Assembly (NCBI GenBank): GCA_020891255.1
Contig: BQFW01000002.1
Coordinates: forward strand, 1,178,001-1,242,000
Length of the DNA: 64,000 nt
Direction: 5' to 3'
Source of the DNA: Entomortierella parvispora E1425
Taxonomy: Eukaryota > Fungi > Mortierellomycota
In this document: piece after piece, positions 24,301 to 35,116 of the stretch
Layout of the letters: each line of letters begins with the position of its first letter
How positions within the stretch are numbered: the first letter of the stretch is position 1
The notes under the pieces: generated by a model
The model's database searches: none
What the model was told of the DNA's origin: nothing
Seen by the model: the letters and a program-made list of their open reading frames with translations, nothing else
Position numbers and translations under genes: made by a program

Positions 24301-25711
24301 TTACGGCATCACTGGTATAGATGACATTGTCTATATGAAAAAATGGAAAGCTGTCAGCGCTGCAAGATAAAACAGCATTGCAAAAACAATGGTCCGTGTA
24401 TAATCGCCTTACCATTGAGAGGATCGTGGAGCGTAAAGTATGTGTCCAGAAGAATAGGATGATTTTCTCTCTGGAATACAAAAGGTGGAAGCCCGATGGA
24501 TAGCTCATCTTCGCCTGGTAAAGATTTGCAGTCCCGTATTACGACGGTTGACGGGGTCTCGATCGAACGAGGAGGAAGGTCCATGTTGTTGGGTGACAAA
24601 AGTCTATCATGTATAGGCTGTGGTGGTGGGGTTTGACCCGCTGCTATTTTTCGAGGATCCACAGTGTTGTCAAAGGAGGCTGGAAACTTTGGTCCTGGTT
24701 CGGGCGTCTTCATATCCCGCGAATGCCTGAATCCTTTCTTTAAACTAGGAGACACCGTTGCGGTTTCCCGTTTTTGTCCTGAGCTTGATCTGGATCCAAG
24801 TCCGGAATCTGACGTATATCCTGACTCGAATGCATTGCTCTTACTGAGCACGCTGGCTTTGATTCCTGCAGACAGGCGGGCGATTGGTTCTTTGATGGAT
24901 GCAGACAAGCCCCTTCCAGACTCTGACGCGGACATTGATCCCGTATCGGATCCAGGCCCTTTTGATTTGTGGACACCATATTGGTAACTGTTCCAAGGCG
25001 ACCTAAAGTAGCCCCGAGTTGGAGAGGATGCTCCAGATGGCAGATCTATGGACGGTGTAACGGATCTAGTCTGGTAACGGTGTGAACTCTGCTGCGTTAC
25101 GCTGGTGGAGACGTAGCTGTTGCTACCGCTGTGGGTGCTCCCGAGAGGCTGGTGCAGGTAATTAGGTGGGAATTGAGTGCTAGTGCTGGTGCCATGCTTT
25201 AGGTTGGGCTGCTGTTGCTGGAGGACCGAGGCGAGGGTGCGCTGGTTCGAGTTTTGCGTGAAGGTCAGGTTCCTAGCAAAGATGCACTGAATATGGCGCA
25301 CGCGTCTCTAAGGAGGTGCAGAAGAGGGGAGAGCGAGGATCGATGGTCAGACTCACTCGTGTTCACCAATTGCTTATCCTCAGCAGGTCGATGAGAGCAT
25401 CCTCCCTGGATGCGATGCAGGGACAGATAGATAAACAGATGAAAGCAAGCTCGCGGCTCTCACGCCACGAGAACGCGTGCTCTCTTTCGCGAGACCTGGA
25501 AGCAGTTGGTATGCGTGTGTTTGGGATCCTGCGCTGGTGACCAGCTGTGTGGTTTGCTGTTGAACTGGGTTTCTGTCCAGTCTGAAAGGCGTGCATGCAA
25601 GACTGATAGATAGTCGACTATTGTTGCTGCTGTACATGAGCATGTTGGCCATCTCACCTGGGTGGGCTCGAGGCCATGGCGCCGTTTATGGCGGGAATGG
25701 CCAGGGTCCAT
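21346..25711 (-). CDS. UVRAG: UVRAG/Vps38 (PI3K complex II subunit)
   Basis: QRRVRHIQCIFARNL, LLEWKVDLCCLQFVG, coiled coil, ALGLTCHLVTMLAHYLCVPLRYP, FEYGVFLLNKDIEQL and DLRQTLPNIRYL. Many exons; the 5' exon structure is uncertain. Confidence 0.9.
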
Positions 25712-25901
25712 TGAGAATGCAGGGGAAAGAGAAGAAAGAGAAGGAAGAGAAGGAGAAGGAGATGACAGGAAGGATGACAAGAAGGAGAGAAGAAAAGAAG
25801 AAAAGGAAAGGAAAGAAAAGAAAAGGGGGTCGTGTGCGCGTTACCGAAGCAGCATGGAGACAATGAATGAAGCAAAGAAGAAAAAGAGAGAAGACGATGC
25901 G

Positions 25902-25929
25902 GAATGAATGAATGAATGAATGAATGAAT
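25902..25929. repeat. (GAAT)7 tetranucleotide repeat upstream of UVRAG
   Basis: Directly visible. Confidence 0.9.
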
Positions 25930-26578
25930 GGAGAGCAAAGGGAGCCAGAACAGCGCCAGAACAGAGCGAGAGTCAAAGTGTGCTCTCACTTCTTGCCTCC
26001 TCAGTCCGCACCTCTCCAGCACGTCACCTCGCTCTTTAAGGGTCTGTGTGCTCTTTTTTCCTTTTTTTTTTTCTTTGTTTTTTTGGTCCCTAGTCGGTCA
26101 GTCAGGCTGAGCAGACGCGTCTTGATGGTGTTGGAGTTGCACCTGCACCTCAACCTGCACCTATCTTTGCCACGAATCAACAGTGCTCCCGTCTCTGCGA
26201 AATAAAGGACGGCAGAAGACTCTCCAATGCTTGTTCAAGCTTCCAACTCCTTGCGACACACCATTTCTCCGCACTCTGCTCCAAGATGATCGGATGGTCA
26301 TATTTGCAACTGTTCGAGTCCTTTCGGTGGATATTGAAACTTCTATTCCTGCTTCTGCTCCTGTTTTCGCTCTAACACAGCCACAAAGACTTTTTTATTT
26401 TATTTTTTTACCAGACACGCGTAATGACGTGCAGACCAGGCTGTGATTTGGAAAGACCTTATCATGGCATCACTTTACCACCTTTTCACACAAACCATTG
26501 GACGCCTGCCGCGACCTGAAATAAAAACCCTTCGTCAAGACCTCGCTCTCTAACGTTTCCATCAACTCAACTCGGTGG

Positions 26579-28717
26579 TTACTGATGTTTAGCTTGCCTT
26601 CGCTCCATTTCTTGAGCAATCCTCTTTTTAGCGCCCTCGATAAATGCCTTCTCGTAGTTGGTTTCATTCTCGATCCAAATTCGTCTCATTTCTTCTACAT
26701 CCAAGGCCATGTCTCCTGTCAAAGACTTTTCGCGATACCATCGAAAGAGGTCCGTCTGTGGGTAAAGCTCTTGGAACTCTTCCCAGTCGAAAGAGTCCTC
26801 AATGCGAATGGGCGTGACTCTGCGCGGTACTGTCGCCTCACTACCTACTCCGTCTTCAGTCTCACCATGGTGGGCTAAGCTATCTGAAGACGACGACAAC
26901 GAAGACGGAAACTTCAATTGGCGTTGAATCACCTCCTGCCGATGCTTTAGATTGCTAGCCGATTCGAGAAAAAGTGAACGTGTCCGACAATTGACACAAT
27001 CCGTATCCGCGAGTGAACACGGCCCATTGCAAGAGTGACCCCACAGCTTTCCACAGCTCATCGAGACCTTTGTCTGTGCCTGACTCGGGTTCAAATCCGG
27101 ATTCGCGGCCGCGGCCAAGGTTTGCAATCTCGAAATAAAGCCGCGAAAAATAAAGAAGGCATTTCTGGACCGAAAGTGGGCACTGTCGGTGATCTTCTTC
27201 GAGCTTTGTGACGAATCTCCTTGATCTGAATCCGCTATGGTAGCAGGGTTTATCGACTCTGATGACAAAGTAGAGGTAAAGGGCGCGCTGGCTGAGTAAG
27301 GAGAAAGGTTTGGGGCTGAAGTTGAATAACCCGGGGACATGTATAGCGGTGCCGAGGACGAAGGGCGAGAATGGGAATCTCGCTGGCTCTGCTCACCGTC
27401 CATTCCAAGCCGAGTTGAGGATCGCAGAAAATGTTTGACCTTTTGAAGAATTGGCTTTCTGGATTCAGAGACAGATCGCTTTCTAGAAGAGGCCCGGTTA
27501 GCGAGGGGGATGACTTCGGCCGCACTCCTGTGTCTCTGCAGCTGTCGCCTGGGAGAAGCACCATTATGAAGCAGAGGATCTTGAGGATGTTGTCTCATTC
27601 CTGGAATGGCAACGGGGCGCGCCTGAATTGATTGGGCAGAGTAGGGGGAAGGTAGTTGCGCCATTGGGGGTAGGGATGTTTCGAGTGATGGATGTCCTGT
27701 CCAGAGTTGGTGCTGATACGGAGAATTGCAGTGAGGGCGATGGTAACTAGGACACAGATGTTGGGAGTGGCGAGAATACTCTATTTGGGGGAATGGGTAG
27801 TGTGTATACGGAGGATGCGCATACTGATGAGGCGGGTATTGTGGATACTGATAATGGGAGTATTGATGAGGTAAGTACTGAGGGTGTTGAAGATACTGGA
27901 GCGGTGGTGGTTGCTGATGATGGTAGTGAGGATATACTCCACTTGAAGATCCTGTCGGCATCTGTACCTGGAAGCAATTTGGATCCGTGAATGCCCTGTG
28001 CGAGTTTGAGCTGTCGATAAGGTCTTCTGGTAAGTTTACTTGCGCTTGTTGGTACAAGGTAGCTTGATCGAAGTAGTCGAAGACGCCTTCCTGAAGATCC
28101 GAGCCAGCGGCCACCGAATGCAAGTGTGGGGAGGGTCTTGAATTGACTGAACTCATTGGTGAAGCTGCGCTTGGCAATGCTGCCACCAACTGTGATGAAG
28201 ACTTGTCAGTGCTACAACCTGCCTGCGATGGAACATCACTCAGAAGTCCAGCGGTGAGGTCGACGGAATTTGGAGACTGGTCTATGAACACATTGGGCAG
28301 AGTCGCTTCGAAAGATGCCAATTCTGACCTCAGAGATATGTTCGGACTTGAAGGCACGATGTTGTTTGACAGTGGGACGTCCTGCATCCCCACGACAACG
28401 ACAGCCGGATCGTTTGAGCTTGTGGAAATTACGTCAAGTGAGGGAGACTGTGTGGTTTCTAGAATAGCCAAGGCTGTTCCCTTGGTGCTTGAGGACGGGG
28501 AATCTTGTGCTGCATCAAGGTCAAATATGTCGAATTCTGAAGGAGTGCTCGGATTCACTGGGTTTTTTATCGAGTTATCTGGCGATAGTGGTGGATCTTG
28601 CTGGGTTAAACCCGTGAGAAGAGTGTAGAAATCGCTGGGGTCATTGGGGTCATTGGGATCATTGCGATCACTGAAATCTAGATCGTTGAGGTTGAGGCTA
28701 TTGTTGTTGGCATCCAT
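26579..28717 (-). CDS. Putative HMG-box transcription factor (MATA/SOX-TCF-like box with Cys-rich insertion), apparently intronless
   Basis: 791-aa open frame with first plausible ATG at 28717. RSRNAFFIFR...QTKVSMSCGKLW...R..F...A..LK....FP fits HMG helices 1-3; there is a Q/H/P/Y-rich activation-like region upstream. Confidence 0.6.
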   Translation of the reverse strand: MDANNNSLNLNDLDFSDRNDPNDPNDPSDFYTLLTGLTQQDPPLSPDNSIKNPVNPSTPSEFDIFDLDAAQDSPSSSTKGTALAILETTQSPSLDVISTSSNDPAVVVVGMQDVPLSNNIVPSSPNISLRSELASFEATLPNVFIDQSPNSVDLTAGLLSDVPSQAGCSTDKSSSQLVAALPSAASPMSSVNSRPSPHLHSVAAGSDLQEGVFDYFDQATLYQQAQVNLPEDLIDSSNSHRAFTDPNCFQVQMPTGSSSGVYPHYHHQQPPPLQYLQHPQYLPHQYSHYQYPQYPPHQYAHPPYTHYPFPQIEYSRHSQHLCPSYHRPHCNSPYQHQLWTGHPSLETSLPPMAQLPSPYSAQSIQARPVAIPGMRQHPQDPLLHNGASPRRQLQRHRSAAEVIPLANRASSRKRSVSESRKPILQKVKHFLRSSTRLGMDGEQSQRDSHSRPSSSAPLYMSPGYSTSAPNLSPYSASAPFTSTLSSESINPATIADSDQGDSSQSSKKITDSAHFRSRNAFFIFRGFISRLQTLAAAANPDLNPSQAQTKVSMSCGKLWGHSCNGPCSLADTDCVNCRTRSLFLESASNLKHRQEVIQRQLKFPSSLSSSSDSLAHHGETEDGVGSEATVPRRVTPIRIEDSFDWEEFQELYPQTDLFRWYREKSLTGDMALDVEEMRRIWIENETNYEKAFIEGAKKRIAQEMERRQAKHQ

Positions 28718-29108
28718 GGTCTTGCAATTAGAAGGGTCTAAAGTCGGTGGCTGATGGTGGATTTCTGATAGTGCCAGATACATGTTGGGGAGGCAGGTTC
28801 TTTTATAGGTTATTTGTAGAGGAAAGAGAGAGCAAACGAAGAAGTCGGAATCGGGCCTGAACGCGCTCTTTGATCGCACATAGCCAAGGCTGACGACAAG
28901 GACGGGAAATCTCTTGACGACAAGGACATCGGGATGCTGGCAGGAACGAAGCAAAAGGAAATAATGACAGAGAGAAAAGAAGGAAAGAGATATAAACGGA
29001 GAGAGGATGAGGACTCTTCGTCAATGCATATCCGCCTGCCCGTCTGCCCGTCTGCCCGTCTCCGAAAGGATCTTTGTGCGCGAAAGTCTTTGAGGCTCCA
29101 CGCGCTAG

Positions 29109-29116
29109 CACGTGAC
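29109..29116. promoter_or_regulatory. E-box CACGTGAC (GTCACGTG on minus) in the HMG/MED1 divergent promoter
   Basis: Exact Cbf1-type octamer in intergenic DNA. Confidence 0.4.
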
Positions 29117-29260
29117 CTGTTCTTTCAGACATGAGATCGACCTTGTGCATCTCCATCCTCTTTCTCCTTCCTTGTTTTCTCTTTGTTGCCACACCCACCC
29201 AAGGAACAGAAGGAACGCATATCCAAGCGGGAGAAACCACAAGCAGCATAGATTCAGGAC

Positions 29261-32176
29261 ATGCCAAATACTTCTGCCTCGACTACTGTCCAGGAACATC
29301 TGCGGGACCTGCACAGCCTGCTTCAGGATTCCTTGAAGCAATGGAATTTGGCCACCACAAAGCTTACCGCCACTGCCGTTGCTGGTCAAGCCAATCCCGA
29401 CCTGCTTCCTAATGGTACGGTATTATAAGCCAGCGCATGGTCAGCACATACAACCCGTCAGACAAATCAACACATGGACTGACTCTGCATTTCGGAATCG
29501 CGTCCTTTTGTTACATCTGATCCTCTAGAGCTACATCCCCTGGGACCCATTGAGCTCGGTACATTACAACGGGAATACAAAGAAAAGATTGCTGCGATCC
29601 GCGCCATTTGCCTCTCGTTTGCACAAGGACCACTGCATCAGTCACTCAATGGAGGAGATTCGTCGCTTGCGCCTGCTTTCAGGAAATATTCGACGTTGCT
29701 CAAGGTAATTAGGCGGATCAGATCGAGTCTGTCACTTTGGGCAAGGATGCAGCTATTCTGACTAACTGATGTACTGGTCGTAATTGTATAGGAGGAGACT
29801 CAGCTGGAGGAGGCCATGTCATCAGTCAAGGAAAGCATGAAGCAATGTCAGATCACGTTGCGTGCTGCTTCACAGGACGGAAACATCAAAACGGACCATC
29901 TTCTAAACACCATCAAGGATATGGCGTCAGGATACGGGTATGCATACCCTCTGCCGCCACCTATTGTTACAGGATTTAGAATGGGGAGTGTAGTAGACTA
30001 ACAAGGACTTTGCTCTCTGTTTAGACTTGAGTGTTATCTTGAAACAGGATCTCGACCCAACAGCCTGTTGCCAGTCTCAACATTGACTATTGGAGGCAAC
30101 GTGATTGTCATCGATGTAGGTCCACTTTCTGGCTGTACCACACGTTGACAGTAGAAGCGCGAACTATGTGGCTGACTGTGGTTCAAAACTGGTTTAGATT
30201 GACGTGGAAAGTACAGGGGCTGTTTTGCGTGTCAAGGTCTCGTACGATTCGGAAATTCATCAGGACGACAGGGTAAGCTGTTCTCAATGGCTGCATCAAC
30301 AAAAAAAACTCCTGGTCAATTGAATCGAGTGACCAGTGGACTAACCTTGCATAATCTTCGTAGGTGGATCGACTGTTGGCACACAATCTTCGATGCAAAT
30401 GTGCCAAGCTGCTTCAAACAGCCCAGTCCAAAGAAAAGCCGACAGAAGTCAAATTGGTCCACATGCCCAATTGCAGCAGAGACTTTGATGCGTTTTCCAA
30501 GAACTTGAAAGCGCTGGCAATGTTGGACAGCCTTACGAAAAAATATCCCCATGTAGATTTCTTTCACAATATCCGATCCATCGATGCAGATTTCAAGGAG
30601 CTGTTTAACCGAGAAATGTAAGTGATGCTTTTTTTTCGTTTCTTCAGGTCAAAAAGATCGAGTCTATTGACACTCATTTTTTGCATGCTAGGCTTCTATC
30701 TGGTGGCGATTTGCAGCGAGTCTTCACACAGGGCCACGGAATTCCATTTACACATGCTGTTCTGCCAGGGCCGTCAGTAGCTTACTGGGCTTGCAAAGGA
30801 GACCTTCTGGATATCTCATGGGAAGCAGTGCAGACGGCAATTGATCAAGGTATGGAGATTGCTGGACAGTGGTGCAAATACACGACACAGGAGCTGACAA
30901 CGATTTGCTCCTCATAGGCGCAAATGAGAAACTAAGGATACCATTTCATCGTATCAGTGTGACGATGGAAGAGTCAACCCCACCATCCACTGGTTTCCTT
31001 CCCGACAGTCGATCTGGGTCTCTGCTGAGAAGTGAAGAGACCCAAACCTTGACGTCGGTACCTTATGGAACCATTATGAATGACCAAGGAAGTGTTAGTG
31101 GCAATACCATTCTGCAACAACCTCTTCGGTGGGTGGTGCCAACTGCGGATTCTACTGTAGCAGCCACCTTTGTAGCCGTGTTGCACCCACCTGTTGTAGT
31201 ATCAGAGCAGATAGCGAAGCAATTGGCAGCACTGTCAAATCAAGCTGGGCTGAACACGACTATGGGCTTTCACAAGGACTCTGGGTACCTTTCACTCCAA
31301 GAGCTTTTGGTAAAAGTGGAATCTATTGTAATTCACTCTGTGAGAAGTGTTTGAACAATGATTCTAATAGAACCCTGCTTCCTTTTTTTTTTATTTGGTT
31401 ATAGATCAAACAAAGCATCGAGCAACCACAGTGGGAAGTTGTCCTCGATCACGGCCCCGATTCTGTCCGACAGCTCTATTCATTCGACCGGACCAAGAAC
31501 GAGGCGCGCTTGCTTCACCGTATTCCATTTACCCACGTCTCACAAATATATATCTGCACTAAGGTAGGTCGAGCTATATGAACTTGCCAGAAGCATTGGT
31601 AGGTAGCTATCATACTCACTGTCCCCTCTTCTTATTTCTTCGTCATTATAGGCTTTGCGTCAGCAGATGGTATTTAATACGCTCTTCCAAAGTTGTTTCA
31701 AAGAAACTACCAAGGCCAACGACTCAGCAAAGCGATTCGCGTCTTTGCTACCCAGCGAGGATTCTACAAAGGAAGTTTCGATTGTGATCCATACGCCCCA
31801 ACCCCCCAATGGGATCATGGTCTCGTTTATGGACCCATACGTACAAAACAACATGCTGATGGACATTCAAATTGACGCAAGCACCGCTGTGCCATCCGTG
31901 CGATTGAACATGGCACCCACCCACCAAAGCAACGGGAATAGCAATAGCAATATCACCGGCGCTGTATTCACACTACAGGATGAGAATCTGACCAAGGTTC
32001 TACGTCTTTGCGACAGCATCCCCATTTTGGTCCGTTGGGTACTGAAGCGGTCCCATGCATGGTCAGAAGAGCAACTTCAGCAACATCAACAACAGGTCAA
32101 ATCTCAAGTACATAGTATGCGCAGGACTTCTTCTTACGCAGACGATGGTGGCGTCCTCAAACGTCCGAGAGTATAA
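29261..32176 (+). CDS. MED1: Mediator subunit 1
   Basis: Spliced LECYLET..STLTIGGNVIVID|IDVESTGAVLRVKVSY..VDRLLAHNL, FDAFSKNLKALAMLDSL and AATFVAVLHPPVVVS resemble fungal Med1; about 9 exons. Confidence 0.75.
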
Positions 32177-32337
32177 GGATGTTCAAATAAAAAGAAACCT
32201 CTCTTTCTTCACGTGTTCATAGATTTGAACTGTGCTGTATTCTTTACGCTGTGATGAAAATCCAATACGATGCGATGCGACAGATGCAACTAAGCTAGGA
32301 TGCGTGCTGGTGTTGTAAAAAGAAAAGAAAATAGCGA

Positions 32338-34876
32338 CTAATTTTCAAAATAAAGGTGTTTCTCCTCCAACCATCGGCATGTCGGGCGCCTGACCCACTT
32401 CCGGACCTGACTCTTGAGATTGATGTCGAACAAGGCCATAGAGGATGGATTATAGCTGGGCCAGGTAGAGCCCACAAGGTCGGGGTTGGCCGCAGCGACA
32501 AGATTGGGCTGCGAGGTTGAATCCTGGCCTGGGTCCGAGTTAACGTCTGGATTGGGGTTCCCCGTCTTGGCAAACGTGGTAAAGCGATCAACAAGAATCC
32601 TGGAGAGCCTGGCGTCGTCCCCTACCTGGGTACGATTAATCTGATCGACAAAGGAGGCGCTTCCGAGAGAAGGGATAACGTCGTCAAAATGGCAGGTCCT
32701 GTGGGTGCCTGGGATGGCACAAAAATTGTCCTCGGGAACCCCGACGCGGCGACCGCGATAGAGTCGGTACGCAAACAGGTTGTTCTGGAAGGACTGAGCG
32801 ATTTTCTCTGTGATGGCTTGAAGAGGGCAGTGAAAGAAAATGTCGTCGCCGATACGGGCCATAGTGATTCGAACCGTGTCTGGGACGGATGGGTCGAGTT
32901 TGTACCCGGGCCAGGATTCCAACAGATTCGTGCGGGAGTCGTGAAAGAACCCTCGGAGGTAAGAATCAAACCCAGACACGGGGATCACTTTTGAGCCCAA
33001 CACAATACCAACCTCATCGGAAGTTGACCCCCAGAGGATGTTGGCCTGGGTGTTATACTGCCAAGAAGGAGGAAGAGGCTTGCTCTGATCTTTGTAATGG
33101 GCAAAGACTTTGTCGTGGAATTGGATGCTCAGCAGATCACCATCAATGGTGGGAGAGAAGAGCAAGAGTGGTTGATAGTGAGGATCTACTTTTGCTTGGT
33201 GCTGTAGAGCTTGGTGCTGTGCAGTCATGATCTCATCGGTGGTTTTAGAGAGAAGACAATCAAACATGGCGTTGGGCTCAGTGGGCTGCGAGCAATTGAG
33301 AGACTGGACCGCAAAAGTACCTACAATCCCAGAGGTGATCTTGGGCAAGTTGAACGGACTAGATGGTTTGGATTGAGAAGGGAAAAGAGTGAGGATTACG
33401 ATAAAAAAACCCCCGGTGGCTCCCTCAATAGAAACCTACATTCCCGGGGAATCTGATTGTGAGATGACACTCCTGTACAGTGGAAACGCTTCAGGTATCG
33501 ACAATAGGGCGCGAATGCAGACTGCACCCGCACTCTCGCCCATGATTGTCACCTTTTTTGGGTCTCCACCAAAGGCGGCAATGTTCTTTTGGACCCACTG
33601 GAGAGCCAGGATCTGATCACGAAAGGCCTGGTTGCCAGGGAGGATCGATCTTGGGATCTGCTCCTCGCTCTCCATCGTGCCAAAGAGACCTAGACGATAG
33701 TTCAAGCTCACAAAGACGACACCCGAACGCGAGACCAAGTTTCCAGGTTCAAAGTAAACCATGGAAGAAGCGTAATCTGATAGGCCTCCTCCATGAAGAT
33801 AAACAATTACGGTCGCCAATTCTGTGTCATCGTCGCCATGGGTGGATCCGTGCGTATTGCTATCTGCGTCTTCATGGGATGGTGTAGTTCGTGTCGCCAC
33901 AGGAGTAAACACGTTAAGGAACAGGCAGTCCTCTGAAGAGGTGGCTCTGTTCAATCGGTCCCTTTCAGCGCTGGCCGAGTTTTGAGGACAGGCGAATCCA
34001 AATTTGGACGCGTCGAAGGGTGCGGTAAAAGGTTCAGCGGCTTGCGGGGACTTGAATCTCAAATGGCCAACAGGTGCTTTTGCATAGGGGATTCCTAAGA
34101 ATCGAAACGAGTTCAGGTCGCGCGTGCCCACGATAGGGCCCGAGGGGGTCTCGAGGGAAAACGGGTTCTTGTGATTGTCGCTGTTGTGGTTGGAACAGAC
34201 GACCGGGTATTTCAAAGTGTCGCAGGTCGTGGATTGCATCACTTGTGAAAGGTGAACATCAAATGATTGACATGTTCCCGAGGGACCTGCAGGAGATTCC
34301 GCGCAATAAACAGTGGACAAGAGCTCTGGTTAGCAAAATAGTGTGCGGGGGTAGCCTTGTGCTCTTTTCTTTAGGCAATGGAATCCCAACGGACCTTTCT
34401 CGATCCAGACATTGCCAATGGTTCGGACCTTTGGATTCGAATAATCCCGAAGCAAGAATGGTAGGTCTTGAAGAGCTGCAGAACTGCTCGACAAGAGTAC
34501 TGAAAGCAAATTTTGTGATTAGAAGAGGGTCTATCTCTACTCCTTTTTTTTTCTTTTTTCTCTTTCTGTTTTCCGTTGGTAGATGATGTCTTTAGTTTTT
34601 GCATGATATGCAGAAATGATTACCTTCACCAAACTCCTCGCAGGCTTTCCTTCCCTCGGCCATAGTCCTAGGCTCTGAAAGGAGCAGTATCGACTCGAAA
34701 GTATGAGATGTATCAAGCTCATTCTTGCGGAGGATGACTAGGCTTTCTCCTTTAGCAGACTCTGCCGTTACTGGTGGCGTCGGTGCACCGAGAACGGCGG
34801 CAAGCGCCGAAATGGACAGGATGAGTGTGGTGATCGCAAAGATCTTGGACCAGCGCACATGCCTTCGGGATGACAT
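32338..34876 (-). CDS. Secreted type-B carboxylesterase/lipase (alpha/beta hydrolase)
   Basis: Signal peptide; FLGIPYAKAP, SEDCLFLNVFTP, LHGGG, NYRLG, FGGDPKKVTIMGESAG (intact nucleophile), WGSTSDE (acid) and CHFDD (His). Four exons. Confidence 0.93.
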
Positions 34877-35116
34877 TTTGATTCCAGACTAAGAATTTGA
34901 TGAAGTGTGTGACAGAGAACAAAAGGAGCGGACAAAGGGATCGTGGATGAATGGACAAGGAGAGAAAAGGACGAAAGGATACCATAAGGGTCCATCATCT
35001 ACAATAACAGTCGCCCGCTTGGGAAAGAGATTTTACGACGCTGAACCTCAGGAGTCGTATCTCCTTCTGGGACATGCGTGGTTCTCCGTTTTTATTTTTT
35101 GAACGGTTGATATTAT

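Noticed and set aside
25357-25370. In-frame TGA near the UVRAG 5' end as possible selenocysteine or readthrough
   Set aside because: Direct splicing 25657 to 25308 gives the conserved motif without it; no SECIS-like structure was seen and there is no reason to expect Sec in UVRAG.
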